Origin: an uncultured Candidatus Saccharibacteria bacterium
GTDB lineage: Bacteria > Patescibacteriota > Doudnabacteria > UBA920 > O2-02-FULL-48-8
Length of the DNA: 64,000 nucleotides
Direction of reading: 5' to 3'
Assembly: GCA_964605735.1 (NCBI GenBank)
Contig: CAZSDS010000001.1
Location: 6,771-70,770 of the forward strand
Below, piece after piece: positions 18,855-28,728 of the stretch; positions within the stretch are counted from its first letter, which is position 1; each line of letters begins with the position of its first letter. Both the position numbers and the translations under genes were made by a program. The notes under the pieces were generated by a model, which saw nothing but the letters and a program-made list of their open reading frames with translations, was not told where the DNA came from and searched no databases.

Positions 18855-19250
18855 ATGGACCCGATGACCGGCAAGATGATCAAGCAGGCCCTGTACAACG
18901 TTTGCCAGCGTTGGAGGTTCTATCAGAAAGATCTTGGTACAATCAAGGCGCCTGAATTTGTTTCGGATCGCATTGCGGAGACATATTTTGCTCTGCAGGC
19001 AATCGACCATCGGAGCGATTTTGCTCCGGCAATGGCTGTTTTCGCCAGCGAACTCGGGCTGACACAGTGCAATCTGCAGGACATGGGTTTCTGCGGCGAG
19101 GCGGAAGAAAGAGCCCGCGAAATGATTGCACGCGCAACGCGCATGAATGACTACGAGGGCATGATAGTGTTCATCAAAGAGATCTCCAGCGATCTCCTGG
19201 AGCGCTCAAACACAGGGAACATCGGCAATGCCGGCCACGCACAAGCGTGA
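18855..19250 (+). CDS. Hypothetical protein (GC-rich ORFan)
   Basis: 131 aa counted from the ATG at 18855, which has GGAGG 5 nt upstream. The long ORF frame opens at 18816. GC content is noticeably higher than neighbours. No motif recognised. Confidence 0.45.
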   Translation: MDPMTGKMIKQALYNVCQRWRFYQKDLGTIKAPEFVSDRIAETYFALQAIDHRSDFAPAMAVFASELGLTQCNLQDMGFCGEAEERAREMIARATRMNDYEGMIVFIKEISSDLLERSNTGNIGNAGHAQA

Positions 19251-19258
19251 GCCGGTTT

Positions 19259-20143
19259 TTATTTTGCCAGAAAATTTTTCGCGAGCTTAACTGCTTCGCT
19301 GGCATTCTTGATCCAATGGATTCGCCCATCGCGTTTAAACCAGGTCATCTGGCGTTTGGCAAAATGGTGAATGGCTAGTTTAAGTTCGCTGACCATTTTG
19401 TCATAGTCCAATTCGCCTTTGAGGTGTTTTGAGACGTATCGATATTCCAGGCCAAGCTCTTCAAGTCTTCTATGCGTCAATCCTTGGTTTAAAAGCCTTT
19501 TTATTTCTTTAACCAATCCCTGCTTTAGCCGGAGTTTCAGCCTTCTATCAATAAGTTTGAAGAGTTTTTCCTGGGGATGATTGATTCCCATAATCAAAGC
19601 ATTATATCCAGGTGATTTTTTTGCTTTTGGAACCGGCTGACCGGTTGTTTTTACTATTTCAATTGCCCTGACCAACCTGGCTGGATTTTTTGGATCAATG
19701 GTTTTAGCCCTGTCTGGATCCAGTTTTTTTAGCATGGCAAAAAGTTGGGCCGGTGTTTTTCCCTCCAGCTGGCGGCGGAGCTTTTTGTTGGGCTTAACTT
19801 CCGGTATTTCAAGGTTGTCAATCAGCGCGTAAATATAAAAAGCCGTACCTCCCACCAGAATCGGCACTTTTCCTCTTTTTTGGATTTCAGTTATGGTCTT
19901 GGCGGCAATTCGCTTATATCCAGCCACGCTGAACTGTTTTTTAGGGCTGGCTACATCCAGCAGGTGATGGGGAACCTGTTTTTGTTCGCTCTTTGTCACT
20001 TTGCCGGTTCCGATATCCAGCCCTTTGTACACCTGCCGGGAATCGGCAGAAATAATCTCCCCGTTTAATTTCTTTGCCAGAGCGATCCCGAGGCTGGATT
20101 TGCCGGAGGAGGTTGGCCCCAAAACCACGATCAATTTTTGCAT
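19259..20143 (-). CDS. miaA: tRNA dimethylallyltransferase
   Basis: 294 aa. P-loop GPTSSGKS and conserved SADSRQVYKGLDIGTGK region. Confidence 0.9.
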   Translation of the reverse strand: MQKLIVVLGPTSSGKSSLGIALAKKLNGEIISADSRQVYKGLDIGTGKVTKSEQKQVPHHLLDVASPKKQFSVAGYKRIAAKTITEIQKRGKVPILVGGTAFYIYALIDNLEIPEVKPNKKLRRQLEGKTPAQLFAMLKKLDPDRAKTIDPKNPARLVRAIEIVKTTGQPVPKAKKSPGYNALIMGINHPQEKLFKLIDRRLKLRLKQGLVKEIKRLLNQGLTHRRLEELGLEYRYVSKHLKGELDYDKMVSELKLAIHHFAKRQMTWFKRDGRIHWIKNASEAVKLAKNFLAK

Positions 20144-20649
20144 CTGTAACTTTTCTGAATAATTCTTCGGTTACTCTTACTCTTCACTATTACTATAGGA
20201 CTGGTTAAGTCTTCCGTTTAATTTTGGACAATTTCATGCCAGCAAACCTGGAGTCTTTGCGCAAACCGTACCCGCTTTTTTTCATGCGGGGGCGTTTTTT
20301 TATTTCCCTTTTTTCGGCCTTTGTAATAAATTCTTTTTCTTTCTTCATAAAATTCGTTTAAGACGAAACAGCTACATGCTTGTTACAACTCTGATGTCCG
20401 GATTTTGCGCACCCAGACAGCGGCAGCAATCTAAATATCATCAACTTTCTTGGTTTACTATACTAAATCCAATTGCTGGGCAACAATGGTTTTTATGTAA
20501 CAATCACAAATTAATCGTACTTTGTTTTTGTTTCATATGCAAATTCTCTTTAAGGCCACCCAAAAGTTTATCCATAGGTTTATTGGCACCTGTGAATTCT
20601 GTCCAAATATGTTAAGCAATTAATCATATAAAACTAAACTTGTTGTACA

Positions 20650-22875
20650 GTGGTTATTGCTCAGCCGGACAGGTATTTTTTATTCATGTTAAGTATCATC
20701 ATTCCAACATACAATGAAAAAGATAACCTCTCTGAACTCGTCAAGAGAATTGTCCGGTCCCTTCAACAGAAAGGGTTGGAGTATGAAATGGTTTTTGTCG
20801 ACGACCATTCCACGGACGGAACTTACGAGTACCTGGAGGAGCTAAAGGAGATTCTGCCCCTACAATTAATCATCAAACAAGGACCGCGCGGAAAGGCGCA
20901 GTCTTTACTGCAGGGGTTCCAGCACGCGCAGGGAGACATTCTGGCTTTTATTGACGCGGATTTGCAGTATCCGCCTGAAGCCCTTCCTGAAATGTTGGAG
21001 AAACTGGATAAGGCGGATGTTGTCGTTGGGAATCGCAACTACGCCCCTGGCCAGGCGCTGAGGGGTTCATTAACCAAACTGTATAACTTAGCCATTGGCC
21101 GGGTTGTTTTGGGGCTGGACTGCGATGTTCAATCAGGCATGAAAATTTTCAAGCGCGAGGTTTTGCGCAGTCTTGAGTTAAGCCCAAGCAAATGGGGTTT
21201 TGATTACGAATTTCTGTTCAAGTCAAAGCGTCTTGGATGGAAAATTTCGCAAGTCGATATTGATTTTGCTGAGAGGGTGAATGGGGAAAGCAATGTGAAT
21301 GTTCTCAGGACTGGTTTTGAACTGGCTGGAGGAGCGTTAAGCCTTCGTGCAAAATACATGCTCATGACTGTGTTTAAATTTCTGGACCATCCGCACCAGA
21401 GCGAAAGGTTGGGGTACAACTATTCCAATGAATCAGATTTTCTCTTTCTTCCGGAAATCCACAGTGCCAAGAAGCACATTTACCCTGAAACAGTGACCTT
21501 CGTTTTTTTGTGTGCCTTGGCGCTCTCAGCTGTGATTTATGGGGCGCATGAATTGACTGGTTGGTCTGTGTTGGTTGTGGTATCAGGCATAATTTCCTTG
21601 TTTTATTTTGGGTTAATGGTGTTTAAGCTTTACACGGTTTATGTTTCCTTCCAAAAGAAGTTCTTAAGCGTATCGGATGCTGACGTTGCGTCTCTGGACG
21701 AGGAGGAGCTTCCTGTCTATACGGTCTTGATTCCTCTTTATAAGGAATCGGAAGTGGTTACGCAGATTAAACGAGCCATGATGTCCATTGATTATCCTTT
21801 AGACAAGCTGGATTTTGTGATCACGCTTGAGCACTATGACAAAGAAACCATTGAAGCTATCGACAATGCAGGGTTCCCGGTTCAGTTCAAGAAATGTATT
21901 TTGCCGGATGTCCAACCAAAGACAAAGCCAAAAGCACTGAATGTGGCTTTTCCTCAGACCAGAGGAGAGTTTCTGGTGATTTACGACGCTGAGATCATTC
22001 CTGACCATGACCAGTTGAAAAAGGCTTATATCACTTTCCGCGATAATCCGGATGTGGACGTCCTTCAAACCAGGCTGGACCACTATAATGCCGACCATAA
22101 CATGATAACCAAACTGTTCAATGCCGAGTTCGCCTTTCATTTTGACATGTTCCTGCCCGGCTTGATGCGCATGAATGCGCCGATTCCATTGTCCGGGCAC
22201 AGCACTCACTTCAGAAGAAAAGCGCTTGAAGACATTGGTGCCTGGGATCCATACAACGTGACAGAGGATTGTGATGTGGGTATCAGGATGGCCAGGCTGG
22301 GCAAGCGCGTGGAGATTTTGGATTCAATGAGCTATGAGGAAGCGACCACCACAGTGAAAACCTGGGTTGGCCAGCGAGCGCGCTGGATAAAGGGTTTCAT
22401 TCAGACAGCAATTGTTCATTTGCGGCACCCATTCAGGTTCATGCGTGAAATTGGCGGCGCCAAACAGTTTGGAATTTTTCTGCTGACGGTGCCAGCAAGC
22501 GTAGCGGTTAATCTGCTCAATTTGGTGTATTGGATTTTGCTGGTCGGCTGGATTTTTACAGAATCTGAATTCATCAAGGCTTTGTTCCCGGGACCGATCT
22601 TCTACGTTTCACTGGTCACATTTGTTGCTGGGAATTTTATATTCATTTACTTGAATTTGATCGGTGCTTACTTGCGGGGAAGATATGCCCTGGTTCCGTA
22701 CAGCCTGCTTTCGCCTTTGTACTGGATCATGCTTTCTTATGCCACAGTCAAAGCGTCTGTTGAACTAATCATTAAGCCTCACCATTGGGATAAAACCAAA
22801 CACGGCGCCCACCTGAAGAAGAAGGTCGAAGAGCCGGTTGTTGTCAAACGATATGCAATACCAACGAACACGTAA
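20650..22875 (+). CDS. Two-domain family-2 glycosyltransferase: N-terminal DPM1-like GT2 plus TM region plus cellulose/chitin-synthase-like processive GT2 (D, DxD-like, TED, QxxRW)
   Basis: 741 aa. N-terminal GT2 (IIIPTYNEKDNL...VDDHSTDGT...DADLQY). Second catalytic domain with VIYDAE, VTEDCDVGIR (TED) and QRARW (QxxRW). Multiple TM helices between and after the domains. No PilZ domain seen. Confidence 0.85.
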   Translation: MVIAQPDRYFLFMLSIIIPTYNEKDNLSELVKRIVRSLQQKGLEYEMVFVDDHSTDGTYEYLEELKEILPLQLIIKQGPRGKAQSLLQGFQHAQGDILAFIDADLQYPPEALPEMLEKLDKADVVVGNRNYAPGQALRGSLTKLYNLAIGRVVLGLDCDVQSGMKIFKREVLRSLELSPSKWGFDYEFLFKSKRLGWKISQVDIDFAERVNGESNVNVLRTGFELAGGALSLRAKYMLMTVFKFLDHPHQSERLGYNYSNESDFLFLPEIHSAKKHIYPETVTFVFLCALALSAVIYGAHELTGWSVLVVVSGIISLFYFGLMVFKLYTVYVSFQKKFLSVSDADVASLDEEELPVYTVLIPLYKESEVVTQIKRAMMSIDYPLDKLDFVITLEHYDKETIEAIDNAGFPVQFKKCILPDVQPKTKPKALNVAFPQTRGEFLVIYDAEIIPDHDQLKKAYITFRDNPDVDVLQTRLDHYNADHNMITKLFNAEFAFHFDMFLPGLMRMNAPIPLSGHSTHFRRKALEDIGAWDPYNVTEDCDVGIRMARLGKRVEILDSMSYEEATTTVKTWVGQRARWIKGFIQTAIVHLRHPFRFMREIGGAKQFGIFLLTVPASVAVNLLNLVYWILLVGWIFTESEFIKALFPGPIFYVSLVTFVAGNFIFIYLNLIGAYLRGRYALVPYSLLSPLYWIMLSYATVKASVELIIKPHHWDKTKHGAHLKKKVEEPVVVKRYAIPTNT

Positions 22876-24559
22876 AATATTTTCTTCACCTGAATTATGG
22901 CTTGGTTTTGCCGCTGCGATCGCTGGCATGGCCGGAGTCTGGTATATCTACTCTCTTGGTTTGGTGAAAGAATTGACTGACGCTTACGCCCATCTGAATT
23001 TTTCCAGAATGATGTTCGAAAGCCTGACCCCGGGGATAAGCCAGATCGGACTTTGGCCGCCGTTGCTCCATATGCTCATGGCTCCGTTTACCATGATTCG
23101 TCCTTTGTATGAATCTGGGCTTGCCGGAGCTGTGGTGCTGATTCCGTTTTACATCCTGGGGACAGTTTACACTTACAAACTGGTGAAATTGTTTACTCAG
23201 AATGAATGGCTGTCTGTTTTGGGCGCGGTGCTGTTCATGGCAAACCCTTACGTCATTTACTACTCCGCAGTCCCAATGATGGAAGTGCTGTTCCTGGCCA
23301 ATTTGATGGCGGTTGCGTATTATATGGCCCGATGGTACATGCTGGGGAATCTTTCCAGTCTGGTGCTGACAGGCGTGTTCGCAGCCTTGGCCGCATTGTC
23401 TCGGTTTGAGGGGCTCATACTGGCGCCACTGGTGGGAATTTTGTTGGCAATTGATTTGCTTAGGCGAAGGAAAGGGCTCGCCCAAACGCAAGCAGTGCTG
23501 ATTTTGTTTTTGCTGTTGGCAGCGCTTGGTCCTCTGGTTATTTTGGCCTATAGCTGGTATTTTGGCGGATCGCCGATGGCGTTTACAGGCGGGGATTGGG
23601 TAAAGTCTGCAGCTGCTGATGAAGGATTTTTGACCCAGGGCAGTTATTGGCAGTCTCTGCGGTACAGTTTGTATGCGGCCTTTTATATGGTTGGTCAGAA
23701 TTTGATCATTTTTGCGCTGGCCACTTTGCCGCTGTTATTTTTATTCAGAAAAAGGTTTGAAGTTATGAGCGTTCTGCTTGTCCTGGCCAGTCCGGCAATT
23801 TTCATCATTATTGCTTTGGCCAGCGGGAGTTATAACATTGGAGTGCCTGACTTGCCGCCGCATACCGTGTTTCTGAACGAGAGATATGGTCTAAGCTGGA
23901 TAGGTTTTGTGATTGTTTCGCCTTTGTTGTTGATGGGGACCGTACTTAGTCTGGCGGTCCGCAGGAAATATTTATACCGATTGGCGCTGGCAGCTGTGAT
24001 ATTGGGCGCTTCCGCGATGTTGTATTCTGCGGGAGATTTCCTCTACGCGGCAACTGCCAAAAACAAGTTTTTTGCTGTCCGGAACAACATTAACTCTCCG
24101 CGTGCGTTTCATATTGGCGCGGGTGAGTTTTTGAACTCTGAATATGATTTTGGGAAGATTTTGATAACGCGGGCAGACAATGACCCAGTGCTTGCCACAT
24201 CCCAGATCCCTTTAAGCAATTACATTTACGAAGCGAATTATTTGTATTTCGACCAGGCAGTGGAAGAGCCTTGGATATTCGCGCGCTGGGTTGTGATGAA
24301 CAGGGAAGATCCCGGCGAAAGACTTGCATCACAATGGGCGGAGAATGAGCAGTTTGCCAGCTTTTATGAATTGGCTTATGAGAATATTGGGCGTGCAGTT
24401 TACAAAGTCAAGGATGATGCGGTCAGGTCTTACGCGATTGAACACCAGCTTGATGCCGGAAGGATACCTTCCATTAACTCCGGCATCGCCAAATGGGATC
24501 CCTCCAACGTGTATGACCAACTGCAGATTGAGAGTGGGATTACTGTAAAAAAAAACTGA
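22838..24559 (+). CDS. Polytopic membrane protein, putative GT-C-fold glycosyltransferase (ArnT/PMT/YfhO-like)
   Basis: 573-aa ORF overlapping the upstream gene by 38 nt, so the start is uncertain. About 9-11 TM helices with a DAYAH-containing first loop. ~200-aa C-terminal soluble domain. Confidence 0.55.
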   Translation: MLSNDMQYQRTRKIFSSPELWLGFAAAIAGMAGVWYIYSLGLVKELTDAYAHLNFSRMMFESLTPGISQIGLWPPLLHMLMAPFTMIRPLYESGLAGAVVLIPFYILGTVYTYKLVKLFTQNEWLSVLGAVLFMANPYVIYYSAVPMMEVLFLANLMAVAYYMARWYMLGNLSSLVLTGVFAALAALSRFEGLILAPLVGILLAIDLLRRRKGLAQTQAVLILFLLLAALGPLVILAYSWYFGGSPMAFTGGDWVKSAAADEGFLTQGSYWQSLRYSLYAAFYMVGQNLIIFALATLPLLFLFRKRFEVMSVLLVLASPAIFIIIALASGSYNIGVPDLPPHTVFLNERYGLSWIGFVIVSPLLLMGTVLSLAVRRKYLYRLALAAVILGASAMLYSAGDFLYAATAKNKFFAVRNNINSPRAFHIGAGEFLNSEYDFGKILITRADNDPVLATSQIPLSNYIYEANYLYFDQAVEEPWIFARWVVMNREDPGERLASQWAENEQFASFYELAYENIGRAVYKVKDDAVRSYAIEHQLDAGRIPSINSGIAKWDPSNVYDQLQIESGITVKKN

Positions 24560-24585
24560 ACAGGCGGAATGTTGTTGAGGCAAAT

Positions 24586-25731
24586 GTGTTTCCCGGCATA
24601 TCAGACCTTTTTAGGGAAAAACAGGTGGAGTGCGCCGCCAGTGATCCTAAAGATGTAACGATAGAAGAACAATCTTTAGATAAGAATAATCTCAAACAGA
24701 TGGTTAGGGATTATTACTATTCATGTCTTAAGCCCTACTACAGATACGGTGTTGCGGACCTGGGAGGGAGGGGGAACTCAGAAGCGCAAAGTTATGGCTT
24801 GCTCCAGTCGCTTTGGATGGATGATAAGAGGACTTTTCGTGACGTGTGGCTTTGGACCAAGGAAAATCTTCAGCGCCAGGAAGATTATCTTTTTTCCTGG
24901 GACTTCGACCTTAAGCATGATTTAAGAACTTTCCCAGCGAAAAAAGCAGTTATCAAAGATTATAATTCCGCATCTGACGCTGATGAGGATATTGCCATGG
25001 CCTTATTTTTGGCTGGTGAAGCATGGGAAAAACCAGGGTACATTACCGAGGCCAAGAAAATAATTGCGGGAATATGGAGAAGAGAAGTTTATGAGCACCA
25101 GGGTTTGCTTTATCTTCTTCCCGGCGCGTGGGGCGCTGAGAACAACCAAATTGTGGTGAACCCCTCATATTTTTCCCCGGCCGCGTATAAAATTTTTGCA
25201 AAATATGATCCGAACCATGATTGGAATAAACTTGCCAGTGATTCGTATGCAGTGTTGGAGCGGATCAGGGGAGGGATTAACAGAGGCGAGTTCAATGACT
25301 TTCCGCCGAACTGGGTTGTGATCGACAAAAACTCCGGAAGAATGACTCCGTTTACGGGCAAGGCGGACAGCTTAGACTATTCCTATGACGCATTCCGCAC
25401 TCTTTGGCGATCCGCTTATGACCAGCTGACTGTGCCTAGCCTTGAATCTTGGGATTACATCTCTTCGTTGGAAAGCGAGATACGTCGGGATTGGGAGGAT
25501 GATCAACTGCTTTGCACCTTGTATAACTTTGACGGAAGGATGTTGCTTTGCAATCCTGCGCCAACTGGACTTTCAGGGCTAATCGGAGTTTTGTCCGTAT
25601 CAAATGGTTTTCTGGCGGAGCAGGTTGTGAAGCGGAATTATTTGCTGGGCGGAAAACTGCAGTTTCCGGAGGACAATTTTTACGGCCAGAGCTGGCACTG
25701 GTTTGGAGTGTATTTGTTTACCCGTTCCTAA
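24586..25731 (+). CDS. Glycoside hydrolase family 8 (endo-beta-1,4-glucanase, BcsZ-like)
   Basis: 381 aa. ASDADEDIAMALFLAGEAW matches the GH8 active-site signature (A-[ST]-D-[AG]-D-x2-[IM]-A-x-[SA]...[FW]) as I recall it. No obvious signal peptide. Confidence 0.7.
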   Translation: MFPGISDLFREKQVECAASDPKDVTIEEQSLDKNNLKQMVRDYYYSCLKPYYRYGVADLGGRGNSEAQSYGLLQSLWMDDKRTFRDVWLWTKENLQRQEDYLFSWDFDLKHDLRTFPAKKAVIKDYNSASDADEDIAMALFLAGEAWEKPGYITEAKKIIAGIWRREVYEHQGLLYLLPGAWGAENNQIVVNPSYFSPAAYKIFAKYDPNHDWNKLASDSYAVLERIRGGINRGEFNDFPPNWVVIDKNSGRMTPFTGKADSLDYSYDAFRTLWRSAYDQLTVPSLESWDYISSLESEIRRDWEDDQLLCTLYNFDGRMLLCNPAPTGLSGLIGVLSVSNGFLAEQVVKRNYLLGGKLQFPEDNFYGQSWHWFGVYLFTRS

Positions 25732-25774
25732 GAAAAAACTCCCCAAGAAGGGGAGTTGTTCAGGGAGTTATTTT

Positions 25775-27739
25775 TTACCATCCCGCGTTTTTGGCAAGGT
25801 TATAGGCATACTCTGGCCAGAAAGTTCCGGCGCTCGGGCCGCCGTTGCAGCTGCCGTCTGATTCGCCTGGAGCTTTAATCCAAAGGTAAGCATCTACAGA
25901 TCCGTTGCCGGTGTTGGTGGTTGGGGTTTGTCCAAGCGCGCGACCCTGCGGGTTGCACCACTGGTAGTCCGGAGCAGGTCCGCGGCCGTTTCGCGAAGTA
26001 TCGATCACGAATTTCTTGCCGCCAACCTTGCCTGAAACCTGTTGTCCATAATTGATATTGTCCTGGGTTGAAACAAAGTTGGAAGTGTTGAGCGCAAAAC
26101 CGTTTGCAGAATCAACGCCCGCTTTTCTCAGTCTGGACGCCATTTCGTCAGGGTTGACCCAGCCGGAATGCCCGGCGTCTATGTATACTGCCGTATTCGG
26201 ATTTTTTCTGAGAATGTGGACCGCATCTCTGAGAGTATTCATGCGGACTTCTTTGTCGTGTCCGGACAAACAATCCATCAGGGACAGCGCATCCGGTTCC
26301 AAAACTACCAGGGCTTTGGCATTGCCGATTCCTGCACCAATTGCCCCGATCCAGGATTTGTACGCTTCCGGACTGCCGACTCCACCGGCTGAGTAGCTTC
26401 CGCAGTCTCGTTGTGGAATATTGTAAGCTACGAACACAACGGTTTTTCCGTTTGCCGAGTTTACTGCTTTGCGGACATCCTCATAGACGTTGCCGTTCCA
26501 TCCGCCAAGCCACTGGGCAATAGGCTGTTGCGCCAATTTTTCTATGGCTTGTGCTTGCCAGTGACCCCGGTTGTTGTTGACCCAGTTCTGTGCCTGGCTG
26601 TGCGGATTGACGTAAAAGTCAGCGTTGCCTAATGGGTTTCCGGTCAAGTTAACGACAGGCTCATTAACAGGCGGTGTTGGAGCAGGTTGTGGTTGTTGGG
26701 GAGCTGGTGTTGGCTGGTTCTGTTGGCTATTGGATTCTGGCCGCACTAAAGTCTTGCTCATTGCCGGAGATGACCAGTGCAGGGAAGCGGTTGCTTCGCC
26801 CCAGCGTTCATAATATTCCATTTTAACTGGATAGGATTTTCCAGCTTCCAAGTAAATGTGTCCTGTGTTTTCAGTGGCTGGATGGTCGCTCCAGTTGTCT
26901 ATAATCAACTGGTTGTTTACCCAGACGCGCACGCCGTCATCTGAAAGACTGTGGAAAGTGTAGTGGGTGCTTTGGGCAGGTTTGATGTTTCCTGTCCATC
27001 GTGCGGAAAAGTTGTCACGGGGAATATTTGAATCTGGTGTGCCTGCTTTCCAGTCAAAATTGATGACCGGTTCTGTTTTTGTAACTTTCAGGCCGTTGAA
27101 GTCTATCCTGTCAAAGTATTCCGCAGAAAATCCGGAACCATTGGCGTTGTCAGTTGGAAGACCTGTGCCTGTTTGTGAGATTGGATACAGCTGGTTGCGG
27201 GGAATTATTTCTTTGTGCTGTCTGTTGCTGGACCAGGACAATTGCATTATTGCTCTTCCTGTGTTTTCGTAATACTCAAGTTTGATTGGATATTTTTGTC
27301 CCGCGTTCAGGTGGATGTACCCGATATTTTCTGTTCGGGGGTGATCTGTCCAGTTGTCGATTATCAGTCTGCCATCCACCCACAGACGCACGCCGTCGTC
27401 AGAATAAGTATAGAAGTTATAGGTATCAGAGTGGCGGGGCACCACTGATCCTTCCCAACGCGCGGAATACGTTTCATTGTGCATGCTTGGGTCAGGGGAG
27501 TTGTAATCCCAGTCAAAATTCACTTGCTCGTCAATTCGGGTGATTGACTGGCCGGTAAAATTTTGATTGTCATAATAAGTGGCTGTTAAGCCGGTGCCAG
27601 TGGAGGCAACAGCCTGTGGGTAGCCCCACTGGGTAATGGTAGTCATGCCGAGCATAAGAGCCAGGGCAACTGCAGTAAGTTTGCGAATTTCTGATGGGTT
27701 TGTTTTTTGGTTTAAACTTGTGGTCTGTGTTGAGGCCAT
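25775..27739 (-). CDS. Secreted glycoside hydrolase family 6 (cellulase) with two N-terminal PA14 domains
   Basis: 654 aa. Signal peptide. Two PA14-like modules (GLTATYYDNQNF...SARWEG; GFSAEYFDRIDF...SARWTG). Pro/Gln-rich linker. GH6-like signatures (YNIPQRDCGSYSAGG; VVLEPDALS). Confidence 0.7.
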   Translation of the reverse strand: MASTQTTSLNQKTNPSEIRKLTAVALALMLGMTTITQWGYPQAVASTGTGLTATYYDNQNFTGQSITRIDEQVNFDWDYNSPDPSMHNETYSARWEGSVVPRHSDTYNFYTYSDDGVRLWVDGRLIIDNWTDHPRTENIGYIHLNAGQKYPIKLEYYENTGRAIMQLSWSSNRQHKEIIPRNQLYPISQTGTGLPTDNANGSGFSAEYFDRIDFNGLKVTKTEPVINFDWKAGTPDSNIPRDNFSARWTGNIKPAQSTHYTFHSLSDDGVRVWVNNQLIIDNWSDHPATENTGHIYLEAGKSYPVKMEYYERWGEATASLHWSSPAMSKTLVRPESNSQQNQPTPAPQQPQPAPTPPVNEPVVNLTGNPLGNADFYVNPHSQAQNWVNNNRGHWQAQAIEKLAQQPIAQWLGGWNGNVYEDVRKAVNSANGKTVVFVAYNIPQRDCGSYSAGGVGSPEAYKSWIGAIGAGIGNAKALVVLEPDALSLMDCLSGHDKEVRMNTLRDAVHILRKNPNTAVYIDAGHSGWVNPDEMASRLRKAGVDSANGFALNTSNFVSTQDNINYGQQVSGKVGGKKFVIDTSRNGRGPAPDYQWCNPQGRALGQTPTTNTGNGSVDAYLWIKAPGESDGSCNGGPSAGTFWPEYAYNLAKNAGW

Positions 27740-28019
27740 TAAGTTCCTTATCGTTAATTTTTTATGCTTCGCTATTAAATTTTTTTGCGACGAACATGAG
27801 GGGGAAATTGTTACACGTTCGTTGCATAAGCTATTTTAACTGATAAGTAACAATTCGCAAGCAATAAAAGTGTGGTTTATGCACAATAATGTTGATAAGA
27901 TGAGGTAAAGTGCTTGCTTCATTAAAGAAAGTGTGGGATAAAAAATTTTTATCCAATTGGCGGTGTAAGAAGATACGATTGCTCGCGTTTTTTTAACTGG
28001 TTGGCGTCCTGAAATAGGG

Positions 28020-28048
28020 TTGACAAACCAGAAGAAATAGTGTATACT
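28020..28048 (+). promoter_or_regulatory. Near-consensus sigma70-type promoter TTGACA-17-TATACT
   Basis: TTGACA at 28020-28025, 17-nt spacer, TATACT at 28043-28048. About 80 nt upstream of the ATG at 28129. Confidence 0.6.
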
Positions 28049-28128
28049 GCTTTGTTCTTTTAAGTTGCTTCAAAATTTGTTCGGAGGATGTGTTTTACTT
28101 TCGCTAAGGCGATTTTTCACGGGAGGAA

Positions 28129-28728
28129 ATGATGAAGAAGTTGATGTACAGCTGGATCGCTTTGGCGATCATCGCGGCCACAACCGTGGCTTGCGGCAAG
28201 AGCAGCAGTCCCACGGCGCCGGCAACAACAGAGGCGCAGGCGGCAGAAAAGTTCGAGATCTATGTCTGGCGTACAGACTCGAACCAGGTTCTGGTTGAGG
28301 CTCGCTGCAACGCTCTGATTGCGATCAAGAAAGAGGATCGCGCCCGCATGTCGCCGGACGACACTCCGGAATCGCTCATCATCCGTGAGTGGAGCAGGGC
28401 GATCGGCGACCCTGATCCGAGAACGGCATTCAAGGACTGGTATACTCAGTACGGCAACGGCAACACCGGACATTTGGACTGGCCAGTAACTGTATGGGGG
28501 CCAATCACCGTCAAGGGCGACCGGTTCGAATTCCAGTTCTTGATGGACACGTTCAAGTTGCCAGCGAGCGATCTGCTGGAATTCGACAACGAACAGTTCC
28601 AGGACCGGTTTAATGTGTATCCGACTAACGCGGCACACATTTCTCGGGCTTCGGCTTTCCCCTTGATTCGCGTGGTCGCCGGCTCGGTTTCGGCCTTGCC
28701 AACGACACGTCCCGAACGGACTCAGTAG
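28129..28728 (+). CDS. Hypothetical lipoprotein (GC-rich ORFan)
   Basis: 199 aa. Signal peptide with lipobox-like TTVAC. Strong RBS GGGAGGAA. Markedly GC-rich codon usage versus flanks. Own promoter and a terminator (GGCGGTTGCGGAACA...TGTTCCGCAACCGCC plus T-run) at 28750-28800. Confidence 0.5.
   Translation: MMKKLMYSWIALAIIAATTVACGKSSSPTAPATTEAQAAEKFEIYVWRTDSNQVLVEARCNALIAIKKEDRARMSPDDTPESLIIREWSRAIGDPDPRTAFKDWYTQYGNGNTGHLDWPVTVWGPITVKGDRFEFQFLMDTFKLPASDLLEFDNEQFQDRFNVYPTNAAHISRASAFPLIRVVAGSVSALPTTRPERTQ

Noticed and set aside
22838-22875. 38-nt overlap between the GT2 synthase stop and the GT-C gene start.
   Set aside because: Not rejected as a gene. The exact start codon of the GT-C gene is uncertain and a later in-frame start cannot be excluded without homolog alignment. 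No frameshift signal was evident.
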